This document shows, in pieces, positions 34,681 through 46,012 of a stretch of DNA of 64,000 nucleotides. The number at the start of each line of letters is the position of its first letter. The first letter of the stretch is position 1. The DNA is from Monocercomonoides exilis PA203 (Eukaryota > Protista > Preaxostyla). Made by a program: the position numbers and the translations under genes. The notes under the pieces were generated by a model. The model was not told the origin of the DNA, did no database searches, and was given only the letters and a program-made list of their open reading frames with translations. The stretch is from assembly GCA_001643675.2 (NCBI GenBank), contig LSRY02000027.1, forward strand, positions 1-64,000, written 5' to 3'.

Positions 34681-37134
34681 TCAATTATTCATTTCTTGTT
34701 CCTTATTGCCGTTCTCATCATTTCTTGATCTTTTTTTCCTCACAATAACAATGATTATAACTATCACCACAACTGCTGCCACAACAACGACAATCGGTAC
34801 AACAATGGCAACAATGATCCCTGCCTTCTTCTTTTTGTTTTGTTCTTTGAGTTTCTCTTGTCTCACTTTCACATACTTCTCATACACATCCTCAGGCTCT
34901 GTTTCTGCATCTTTTGCTCCCTCAATCCACCCAACAGTCGATTCATTGAAGTCATTCGCAAACTCAAAGGCATCTTCTTGTTTGCAGAACTCTTCGAAGT
35001 CCGGGGCAATGATGAACAGAGAAGTTGTTTTCGAGCCAGCTGTGTTTGAGCTGTCGATCTTCAGGTTGTTTGCTGAAGGGAGTTTCAGATTCGATGTTGC
35101 CTTGGGAATGTCAATGAATATTGCTCCTGATTTCCCTTCTGGTGCTGAACATGACTTGAATGAGCATTTGCTTGACCTTCCAATGGCCACTCTTGATTCT
35201 TCTGAACTGAGGGTGATATCCAACCCTGCTGCTGCTCCTTTCTCCGACTTCACATCCTGAACATTCAATCCTTCGATTGACACCTTCGAAGATGAATCAC
35301 TCTCATCTCTGATGCTGACAGCTGCTCCACTTTCCACATTCACTTTACTGATGTCCATTCCTCTCAATGACACCTCGCTGGCTCCAGAAAATGAAAATGG
35401 TGATGAAGAGAATGTCACAAATGAGGTTTCATCTGTGCATTTCACTGTGTCCATTTCCACACTTCCGGATGTCACACTCACGAGACTGCTTGTCAAGGGG
35501 CTGTTTCCATCAGCATTTGAATTCATTCCTTCTTGTGTTTGTGATCCAATTCTGGCAAATCGACATGTTGATATTTTCAATGATATTGAACCTAATCCTG
35601 CACTGATCAATGAGTCCCAATTCTTTTCTGTTGAAGAGAATTGAAATGCCAGATACTTGAATTCCACGATTTTCTTGCAAGAAAAGAGAATTGATGAAAC
35701 AGAAACATCACAATTAATGGAGACTTCTGTATTTCCTTTTCCTTTGTCATTCACTCCTTCAATTGTGATTCCACTGTTGATGCTGAAACTTATGTTTTCT
35801 GCTTTCATTGGATCAGATGTTTTCACAATGTCAATGAAACATTTCCCACTCTTTTCCAAGAAATCATAAGCCCTTTTCAAACTCTTAATAGCTGATTCAA
35901 CACTGATTCCATTTCCTTTTCCTCCGTTCTTCACAAATGCCCTTGTCATATTATCTGGTTTTTGTGGAGTTGGATCAAAATACAAACTTGTGAAGTCATA
36001 TCTCATATCCCTATATATCTCGAAAATAATATTTTCCAAATTATTCTCCTGTGTGTAGTTTTCTGCAAAACTTTCCTTCATTTCAAGTGCAACATCATTT
36101 AGCAGGTTTTTGTAGTTTAAAAATAGATATAATGCTGTATTTTTCTGTGACTCTCCTTCTCCAACTTTGCAGTTCTCAAACACAAGATTCCTTCCATCAG
36201 TTGGCCATTTCAGTTGAGATGCACTGTGAACACCGGCCAAGAACAAATTCATTGCACCAGATTGGCCACTTCTGCAACTGCAAGAAGTAAAGGTTGTAAC
36301 ACCTCCATCTCCCACTGTGAATGTTCCTTCACTACCTACGCTAGAAACGTAAAACACAGCATAACCATTCGCTTTGCATTCGCTAAAAGTGCTTCTGTTC
36401 AAAGTCAAATCAATTTTTTCATTGTTGCCTCCGCTATCAATTTCAACAACACTTCCGATTTTTGATGTCACTTGTTTCAATGTCATATTTGTGAAAATCA
36501 CTGTTTTTGTTCCATTAGAATTAACTGGACTTCGTCTAAATATTATTTCTTCATTGCCGTCTCCGCATTCAACTGTATCCAAGATCAAGTTGAAACCGCT
36601 TGCATCTATCAGTGAAATATATGCATCACCTGTTCCGAAAACTGGTCGAAGGAATTTGCAATTGCTAACAGTCAATGAGCCTGTGCTCTTAATCAGAAAT
36701 CCAGATTCGACTTTTTCATTATTTCTGATATCAAAAAGATATGACAGAATTCGAAAAGCCAGATATTTGAATTCAACAATTCCGTTGCATTCAATAACCT
36801 TTGTTTCACTTTCTTGAATCGTGCCATTCATATTTATATCAATAATTGTGTTTTCGCTTCCATCACAATCAATTCCTTCAATAGATATTCCTTGCATTTT
36901 GTTGAGTGTAATTTGTCCAAACGAAAATGCATCTGCATCTTTGACAACATTGATCTTGCAAACCTCATCTTCCCCCAAAAGATCATAGGCACTTTTCAAT
37001 GATTTCTTTTCCTGGCCGATCTCTGTACCAGTGTTGGTATCACTTCCACTTTGCTTCACATAAACTGAATAAGGTTTTTCTTCATTCACTGCTTGTGTAG
37101 TTGACAACACGAAAAACAGAAGAATAAAAATCAT
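34681..37134 (-). CDS. Type I membrane/surface protein, 817 aa, internally duplicated ectodomain (probable parallel beta-helix)
   Basis: Signal peptide MIFILLFFVLSTTQA. Two ~370-aa repeats (KSLKSAYDLL/KSLKRAYDFL, GISIEG/GITIEG, VEFKYLAF twice, FTSCSC..SGAM/FKSCSA..SGAI). TM helix AGIIVAIVVPIVVVVAAVVVIVIIIVIV followed by RKKR and a short tail. Single ORF. Confidence 0.85.
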   Translation of the reverse strand: MIFILLFFVLSTTQAVNEEKPYSVYVKQSGSDTNTGTEIGQEKKSLKSAYDLLGEDEVCKINVVKDADAFSFGQITLNKMQGISIEGIDCDGSENTIIDINMNGTIQESETKVIECNGIVEFKYLAFRILSYLFDIRNNEKVESGFLIKSTGSLTVSNCKFLRPVFGTGDAYISLIDASGFNLILDTVECGDGNEEIIFRRSPVNSNGTKTVIFTNMTLKQVTSKIGSVVEIDSGGNNEKIDLTLNRSTFSECKANGYAVFYVSSVGSEGTFTVGDGGVTTFTSCSCRSGQSGAMNLFLAGVHSASQLKWPTDGRNLVFENCKVGEGESQKNTALYLFLNYKNLLNDVALEMKESFAENYTQENNLENIIFEIYRDMRYDFTSLYFDPTPQKPDNMTRAFVKNGGKGNGISVESAIKSLKRAYDFLEKSGKCFIDIVKTSDPMKAENISFSINSGITIEGVNDKGKGNTEVSINCDVSVSSILFSCKKIVEFKYLAFQFSSTEKNWDSLISAGLGSISLKISTCRFARIGSQTQEGMNSNADGNSPLTSSLVSVTSGSVEMDTVKCTDETSFVTFSSSPFSFSGASEVSLRGMDISKVNVESGAAVSIRDESDSSSKVSIEGLNVQDVKSEKGAAAGLDITLSSEESRVAIGRSSKCSFKSCSAPEGKSGAIFIDIPKATSNLKLPSANNLKIDSSNTAGSKTTSLFIIAPDFEEFCKQEDAFEFANDFNESTVGWIEGAKDAETEPEDVYEKYVKVRQEKLKEQNKKKKAGIIVAIVVPIVVVVAAVVVIVIIIVIVRKKRSRNDENGNKEQEMNN

Positions 37135-38704
37135 TCGTTTTGATGTTTCTTGATCAATATCTCAACAGATCAACACATCCTTTATTCAAACACAAACCGA
37201 TTCATTCAATGGTTTGCACTTCATTCAAGATAATTCGAAAAGTGAATTTTAATCATCGGATAGTATCCGCAACATGTAATATACTCATATTTGAAGATCA
37301 AGTGATTTATGAAATGAATAAAAGTTAACGCCCAAAATATATTTTGAAAACCCATTTATCAAATGAAGGCTCACAAAAGGACTGAAAAAGTTTGTCGAAA
37401 CTAAATGTTTGATGAGTAAAAGTGAATAAAGAAAAATCAGGAAAAAATGTTTCACTATTGGTTTTTCTGTTATGAACATGTAAGATTTCCTTTTATTTCA
37501 ATGCAGAAACTCCTGAATTAATTCTTTGACTCAAGTATTATTTCTTTCACATTGAATGTGGATAACAGAAAAAATGAAGTTTTGAAACATTATCAATTGT
37601 GTATTGATTCACCGCCTCGTTTGAAAATGACAAATTTTTTTCTTGTTCTTTCCACCGGAATCAATAATACAAATATTTTAATATCTTTCTTTTACTAATC
37701 AGAATCTTTGACTTGACTCGTCGATCGCATCACCTTATGAACCATTTCATTGTGATATTATAAAAAAATCTATGTTGATGTGTTTTTGTTTCCTAAAGAG
37801 TTTCTATCTTCCTTGTGCTTCATATTTTGTGCTTCCTCGTCTATCTCATCTGGAGCCAAGAGTGGTTCATTATTGAACATTTGGATGTGGAGAAAAAAAA
37901 AGAATGCAATTGCGACTTATGGAATGAGCATTTTTCGAAATCAACGCTTGAAATCGACCCTTTTCATGATTTTGTATTGGTAGTTTCATGGATATCAGCA
38001 AGGAATATTTTCAAAATCCAGATGCTTTAGCAGATTGATGTTCATGAAAAAACAAAGTGGAATATGAGGCGTGCGTATCTGAAAACAGAAAAACAGCAAA
38101 CCTGTTTTATTTCATATGATAAACGCCATTATAGCATTTGATGAATATTTTCATGGATTAAAATGTTATTTTATTCAGAAACCACTTTCTCATGTTTGTT
38201 CATTGTGGTATCCAGTTTTTTGTCCTTTTTCATCTCCTCAATGTTGAATTATTCCATTTGAATATTCTTCAGATAGTGAAAAATGAAGAAGAAATCCATT
38301 CACAAGCAATAATGAATGAAAAAAGAAATGAAACAAATGAAAATCTTTTTTAAAACGAGAGATTGTTCGATGAAATAGTTATTTTTTGAATGATTTTTGA
38401 AGAAATAAGGAATGAAACATGTTTGTTGCAAGATTTATGAATTGTTTGACATTTTGTTATAAAACACACTTTGATAAAAAAGAAAGTATATCCAATTCAA
38501 TTCTGATTTTTAAAATTTAATAACCATAAATTATTATTTCAGTTTTTAATGGAAATGAGAGAAAGCTATTCCAAGGGTGCTGTCGATGCATGTTTTGGCA
38601 TAGATGTGCTTCATTTGCAATATTTTATATTTTGAAATCGTTTTATCCAGGCAACCTTCCCGATGATATTTTGAGGATGTTCGAGTTTTTATTTTCAAAA
38701 TCTT

Positions 38705-40603
38705 TTGATGAAACAAACCTATTCCTTTTTGTGTGTGATTGTTGCAAATAGGATCTTTGGAAAATGCAACTTTTCAACGATTCTTTCGTTGTCGCAGGTG
38801 TATCGCCGATTCAATCTGCTCTCAAAAACGGAAGAGTTTGAATTTAATTTTTTTTTTTCATTTTTTCAAAGAAAGAATCAACATTTGACTCTTTGCATCA
38901 CCTCTTCCCACTGGCCGTCAAGATGTGCGAAAATTAAGTATCAAGTGATAATTCCCTTCATGCACATGACTTGCCTTCTACCAGATTGTGCATTTCAATA
39001 TATTCATTTTTTTAACCCTCATTCGGAAGAAGACTGGAAAGAAAGCTACAAATACGGGGTGAGCGCAAAGGGATGGAAGGAGACATTGCAGTTTGTGATC
39101 TGAAGCATTTGAGCATTTTTAATTCTTTGACTGGTTGTTTGTCTTTAATTTATGTGTTTTGCGTGAATATTCTCTGCTTCATTTGGAATTTACAAAGAGC
39201 TGGTACACATACGAGATTTTCCACGGATCTCTGGGGAGAATAGGAAAAATTTGATGAAAAAGACGCAAAAAATTACAATTTTCTCAATTTTGCGATTAAT
39301 ATCAGAAATTTTGATAGTACTTGGATTACTCAGTTTCTTGAGGGATAGAGAAGTTGCCTTTCGAGCGAGAGTGGATGGAGAAGCAGCCAAAAAGCCATTC
39401 ACAGACACTTTGACGTTTTCAACGCTTCTGATTGGATTGTTTTGTTTGGTTGATTGTGTCATCTCGCACTTGAAAAAGTACAAGTATTCAAACAAATGGT
39501 GGTATGTTGCCAATGGAATTATTCTTTTGACTGTGATGTATTTCGACTATTTTTGGAAGCACGTTACGATATTTCTGTTCACATGGCCATATTTTGAATT
39601 CACTGCTTTGATGTGTGTATTGCTGTTTGAAAACGAATTCAAACAGACAGCTTCATTATTCAAATACATGGATTTGCTGTTGGATGTCATTTCGGCTGTT
39701 CTTTTGCTGTTCTTTTTTGTGATTGCTTCACTGAAAGCAGACGGTTTGATCTGACTGTTAAATTAAAAAATTTTTGAAAATTAATTTTTTCCTTTTTCTT
39801 TTTTAATATTCTTTCTTTCTTTCTTTCTTGTCAAATTCATCACATGATGTTAAACAGCACACATTTATCGAGTTTTAGTGAGCCTGACAACGTTCAAGTG
39901 GAGAACTATATTTTCTTTATCAATTTGGAGTATATTGATCATCTTTGACCGTTCCTTTATTGCGATATATTCTGATAAGATGTTTGGCAAAAAAATGGAT
40001 AATTTTGATGCTTCGCTGATTGTCATTTCAATGACACTTGTAGCAGTGGTTGTGCTTCCGTTTCTGATTCTTGCTCCGCTGAAGCTGGATGGTTCTATCA
40101 AGCTGCATTTTGGTTTTTTCATTGCTTCTTTGATTGTTCCTTTTGTGATTTTTGAATTGTTATGTATTCCTGATGAATCAAAAGGCATGTGTGAAGAATT
40201 GGAAGTGAAATGGTGGAACGAAGAGATTGAAAGCGGGTGTTATTTTGCCATTCAGAAATTTGAATGGCTGCGAATGAGATTTGGATTGAGCAAGCTTTTA
40301 AAGGATGAGGCTATTGTTGGATTTGACGAGCACAACGAAAAAAATTCATGGAAGCCAGTGTGAAAAGCGGTGAACATGAGAAAAACAGCATCACAATTTT
40401 GGATGGATAGATTTGAAACCGAAAAAGCATTGAAAATACGAAGGGATTATTATGCAAGGCTTAAAGGCTCGGATCCCAATTGGTGGGAAAGCTTTGCCGA
40501 CAAAACAGAAACTTTTGCAGTCAAGCTCTTCAAGCGCATAAACACTTCGTTTTTCAAGTGTTTATTTGTGTTAGTTATTGTTGTAGTTTATTTGATTCTG
40601 TAA
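38705..40603 (+). CDS. Putative multi-pass membrane protein, multi-exon or fragmented
   Basis: Consecutive plus-strand ORFs (38705-39103, 39251-39754, 39878-40363, 40370-40603) with hydrophobic TM-like segments, separated by T-rich spacers. Exon structure unresolved. Confidence 0.4.
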
Positions 40604-41559
40604 AATTTCCTTGTTCAGATATTAAGAGTTTTTTCTTTCATTTGAAGCAAATTTTGTTTTCAGTTTTCAGTTATCAGTTTTTATTTTCTTTTTCAGTTCA
40701 ACTTTGTTGGCTTTGAAATTGCAATTTTTTTCTTTTTTGAGCACTGTAACTCCGAAAATCGCAAAATAATCTTTCGAAAGAAAGCAAAATTTGAGAATTG
40801 AGTAATTATTTTTTTGACATTTTCATTGATTCCAATCAAAAATGCCAGTTCAAAAATATCCGTTTGAGTTGCAAGGTTTCAATTTTTCATTACAGAGTTT
40901 TGCGACAAGTATTTATCAATATTGCAAGAGATGCCCAGAGCATCAAACAAACGATTGATATTTCAACTGAATGAAAAAAGTGTATTTTGAAAAGCACATA
41001 ATGAAATTGTAAAAATAAATAATAAAAATTGCTCATCTTTGGATCAAGTCATCATTCATATTCATTGAAGCTTTCTTTTCATGAAATATCGTTCGCTTTT
41101 CTTTTTCTTCTTATTTCCGCGATAAGTCTGAAAACGTTCTGCTTCATCCTTTCTTGCTGCACGACAACAGCGAGCTTTCAAGAATGACTCACATTCTATC
41201 TTTGAATGAAGACATGATATTTGTTTCTCCGATGGAGCTTCCAGAAGTCGTGGCGAGGAATCCAAAAAAGATTCTTGTGGTCGTGGCAGCTCAGCAGTTG
41301 TATCTTCGCCCAGCGCCTTTAGTAATCTTTGTCTGCTTCACCATACCTGAGATTGAGAAGCGAAGAGAAGAAGCAGCAGTGGTTGAGTACTTATCACTTT
41401 CATCATTCAACGCATCTGTGATTGATCCTTCGGATGCCTCGGAGGTGGTGGCGTCATACGCATCAACCATAGCGATGAGCGATACAACCCCGCTCAGTAG
41501 CAGTTCGCCTTCTCTTGTTGGCACACTTTCCTTATCAGATGCCTTGGTTACAGACGAAT

Positions 41560-42061
41560 CAGAGAGTAGAGAAAAATATTAATCTTCCAACAGCATATTG
41601 CAAAATTTTCAGCGAAGGCTTGAATAAGCCATCACCTTTGTGATCTTCTCCTTCATAACTGGATAGAAGATACGCTCAAGGAGCTTTCTGGCTAAGGAAA
41701 AATGCCTGCTTCAAGCTGATCGTTCCCTTTGCTCCTCAGCTTGTTTGGCAGCACTCACTTTGACTCCTGAAATCAGCTTCAGCATCTTGTTGCTTGTCTC
41801 TCCTGGAAACAGGACCCGCTAAGTCGCCAGCTCAAATGCCATCCTCCACATATCCCAGATGTTTACATTCTGCCTCATCACACAGCCCAGCATCGCTTCC
41901 GCACACCGATGAAAGAGAGATGCCTGGTATGGCGCTCGGATCTCTGCTTCCTTTGTTATTGATACAGCAGAGTGCCGAAACCGCACAGACAAGCAGATTG
42001 AGGAATCTCTGCTCCAGATTCCACTTGCATCAATCTTGGGTTTGAAGACGAATATGCACAT
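41560..42061 (-). pseudogene. Decayed CMGC (PRP4/DYRK-like) protein kinase fragment
   Basis: EIRAPYQASLFHRCAEAMLG...NIWDMWRMAFELAT*RVLFPGETSNKMLKLI resembles PRP4-type subdomains VIII-X (PYLVSRFYRAPEIILG...DMWS...ELYTGKILFPG.TNN.ML.L). A DFG-like LCGFG lies in another frame. In-frame TAG at 41819-41821. Confidence 0.6.
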
Positions 42062-42519
42062 GTATTGAATTCTGTGTTTCTCCTAATTATCGCTTCTTCT
42101 GATATCTATTTGAATGATTCAATTTTCATCTTTCAACAGCAATAACTGTGCGCACAATTTCACAGTTAAAAATAAATCGTCATCAGCAGCACAGATAGTT
42201 CCAATTCGCTTCTTTTCCTATTCATCGAATTTTTAAATAAAAGTAATGATCTTAGTCAAACCTTTCTCATTTCTTCTTTTGTTATTTCCATAAATATCTT
42301 GTTTGCTCACAAAAATCAAAATAAATTATTCAAATAAATTTCTATTCATTTTCTTTTTTTGTGTTATTTGGTTACATCCATTGAAATATGAAAGTCGAAT
42401 AAATACGAACAAAGCGTGGGTTTTTTCATAAATGAAAAAAGTGTACCCAAAATAGTTGTTTCAGAAGTTGAATTAAAATGAGTATGATATTTTTTTTTTG
42501 ACATAATATTAATAATAAC

Positions 42520-43080
42520 ACATAAATCATGTGCATTTTAATTCTCTTTTCATTTCGGTCATTCCTGCAGTAACCTTTTCATTTGATCAAATTTTGAAAA
42601 TTAAAAATAAGTTTTAAAAGTGCATACAATCCGAATGTTTGTTTGTTGAGTAACAATTTTACTTTCAAGGTCTGCAACACTTGCAGTCAAAATGGAAATT
42701 TTCTTTGGTATGTATGAAAGTATTTCTGTATGAGTCATTTCAACGCATGTTCCAAGACCAACATCAACCATGAGTTTCGAGAGATCTGGAACTTTCGCTT
42801 CACATAAAATATTTCCACCAATGTCTGTCAGTGTTTTTAATTCCTTCATTGAATTGTTTTGAAAATGTAATACAATAGTCCGGAGATCTTCAGTAAAAAC
42901 GAAAAAGACTTTTAAATTCATCCATAAATGATAAACATACAATTTTGCAATTTCTTCAAACACCTTATCTCGCTTTTCAAGCAAAATTCGAAGATCCTTC
43001 GTCATTTTTTCGTGAAGAATCTCGTCTACATGAAGATAAATGAAACTCGAGGCAAATTCGTTATAAATAAATGCAAACAA
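42520..43080 (-). CDS. UXT: UXT-like alpha-type prefoldin subunit (intron-containing)
   Basis: DLRILLEKRDKVFEEIAK...ELKTLTDIGGNILCEAKVPDLSKLMVDVGLGTCVEMTHTEILSYIPKK matches the UXT pattern (RDKVYEQLAKY...DLGCNFFVDTVVPD..IYVALGYGFFLELT..EAL.FI). GTATG donors at ~42940 and ~42627; probable last exon VTAGMTEMKK. Ends approximate. Confidence 0.8.
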
Positions 43081-46012
43081 TTTTTAAAATTTCCAATTTC
43101 TATTCCAATATAATGTTAAACAGATAATAAAAAAAGATTTTCCTTTTCTCTGCTTGCAAAAAGGAAAAAATAATCGCAAAAAACAAATATTTAATGTTGG
43201 AAAATTGGTTTTTTTTTTTTTTTTTTTTCATAAAGAGCATAATTTTTTTCCCAATGAAAAATATCATTGATCTTTAAGAACAAAACTGTTAAAATGAACA
43301 AACTTGAAATCTTTTCAGTGGGGGCCATCTCTCGATTTCCGTCTTCGGTTTTACCATCAATGAATTCTTCCATTCTGTTTATTTGAAGTGCAATCTATTC
43401 GCAAAGAATATCCCTTATAATAAAGTAAAATCAAATAAATATCAAACATCGTTCACGATCCAACAAATTGAGAAGGTTACAGTCAATATCCAAATTGTTT
43501 TGCTTTATAAAAAAATATTTGGAAACGATTTCTATGAAAGCAGCCTGATTTGGCTGAGAGAGGCAAGAAATGCCAGTTTTTTGTTTCTTGCTGATCAAAT
43601 CAACAAATATTCATCAAAAACAAATGGAGAATTGCCATTCTATTCATGATGCTCCATGAAATTGATTTCTTCCCCCTTTGGAACAGAATTAATTTATGAT
43701 ATGGAAATGAAAGTCGATGGAAGAAAATAACTGCAATCAAGCAAAAGGATTGAGAAGGAGAGTTTCATGACTATTTTGAGTTCTTGATTGTTTTGTCGAA
43801 AACCAAAGAACATCTAATGTTTGCATTCTTGAAGATCCTCGCTTGTTGTTTTATTTTGCAGTTTCTGATTTCATTGAAAAGGATTGAAGTGATTGCTGAA
43901 GACAAAAGAAGTGAAAAGTTCCAAAATCGAAATGGATAAAACAAGCAAAACGTCTATTGCAATTCTTCACAAAAAAAACCAAACGAATGGCAGAAGAACA
44001 AGGTTGGATGGTTCAATTGCAAAAGCATCATGGGCCGTTAAAAAATGGATTATTTGAAGCAAAACGATCAAAATTGATTTCACTGGCCAAGCTGCCTGGC
44101 TTTGCACTTGATAAGGGTTCGACAATGCGTTTTGCTCATCCTTTTCAATTTAAATGATTGAGCATTATTGGTTGCAAAATACATTTGCCTCGGATGAAAA
44201 GAGATTGGAAAAGGAATTTTTTGGAGACGACTCTGTTGCAGGAGCAACGAAAAGTATAAATTGTTATTATTATTATTCAGAGACCAAAAGCATTGGTGTT
44301 GTTGATATGGAAGGAATTGGCCGACATTTCAGCTTCTGCTCCATCAGAATGAAGGTGAATGGCAAACACTTTTGTTTTCTCAACGAAGATGCTCTTGTGT
44401 AAATGAGGCATTCATCAGGCTATTCAAAAACTCTTCCTTTTTGCTTCAGCAATATCAGCGTGATGCAAGAGCATGAAAGAATGAAAGGACCTCTTTTCGA
44501 ATGTCTCAACAATCCATCATTTTTGTGTCAACATCGTTTTCAGATGAAAAGTTTCCTTCTTTTCTGCATTTGAGCTGCTTCGTGATGAACACCTTGCAGG
44601 CATCGAAAACAACAACATTAAAATTTATCATCTTCTTTTTCTTCTTTTTCTTCTTCTACATTATCTGATCGTATTTCTTAATTATCTGATTCATTTTCAG
44701 AGATTAAGAGGAAATAAAGAAGAAACGAAAAAACATACAGATAAAAGAAAAATATGGAACAAAAAACGAAAAGAAGAAGAATGAAAGAAGATAAGAAAGA
44801 GAAAGACGAAATAGTATTTGGTTTTATTGAGTATGATGAATGGAAATGAAATTGAAAGATTATAAAGGCAGAAGATAAGGATGAAAAAGAATAAAGTACA
44901 TATGGAGAAGTTACCAACAACTGCAACAACTATCAATACGAATTCTACAGTCTGCGTTGATAAGCACAGGCAATTTACAAATGCTTTATGAATTACCTGC
45001 AGGGCTGATCCTGCAAGGCTCTCTTCTTCACTAGGAGCTAAACAGCACTGTTATTGAAATAAACAGACTTGCTCATCACATAAATAGCGCTGTATCTATT
45101 TTCAACTTCAATACTCCATTGAACAAAAGCAGGATATTTTTGGTATGTTTCCTTCTTAATGTGATGTAGAAAGTGAGAAATGACATCCATTGCATTATGA
45201 ATGAATCGATGTTGAACATGAAAAACAAGGCATACAAAGTAAATGGAACAGGTGCAGTGGAATGGTCTTTGTGAATTATGAACGAAGGCCGTGAACTTTC
45301 TTTGTTGCGAGACTGAAGGGTACGACAAGCAAAACCATTGGAGATAGTTGCAAAATAACAAAGAGTAATTCTCCGATTATTCCGTGTAATCTTTTGTACC
45401 ATGTTATTTGTGATCACAATTCGTTGGAAAAGTGAAGTCACAAACACTATTCGTTAATTCAAAAGCAGAGATAATTGGAATTTTTTCAGAAAGTGATATT
45501 GCTGAAAGAAGAAATAAAATTTCTAATACGGTTGAGCTTGCATCAAGCAAGTTAATATCAAGATGCAAAAACAATAATATGGAATTGAGCTTCGGAATTC
45601 AACTTAGGAAATGTTAGAAAATATGCAAATGATTTGAACAGTCTGATCAAGGAAGTGGATTTTTGATCGTAAATGTTTACCAGTTCTGAAATTCAACATT
45701 TTTCTTTCGGACAATGTGAAGGTTGAACAATTCAAGCATTTCAGAGAAGCTATTATTTATATTGTCGAAAATAAGAATTTAAAATGCTTCCTTTTATGCT
45801 AATTTCTCAACATTTGCATGTGAAATGTTTGAAAAGAAAAATCTTAAATTCTCTTTGAAAATATCAAAATATCGGAAATATAACAACAAAATTAAAAATG
45901 ATATACAATTAATCTTTTCGTGTATGAATAGATAAAAACAACATTTAGCTTTAACAAATTTTGAGAAAAGTATCGGAAATATGAAAAAAATGAAACCATA
46001 ATTATTTTTTAA

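Noticed and set aside
43191-45900. Short ORFs on both strands
   Set aside because: No recognisable motif or consistent exon chain; cannot support a call.
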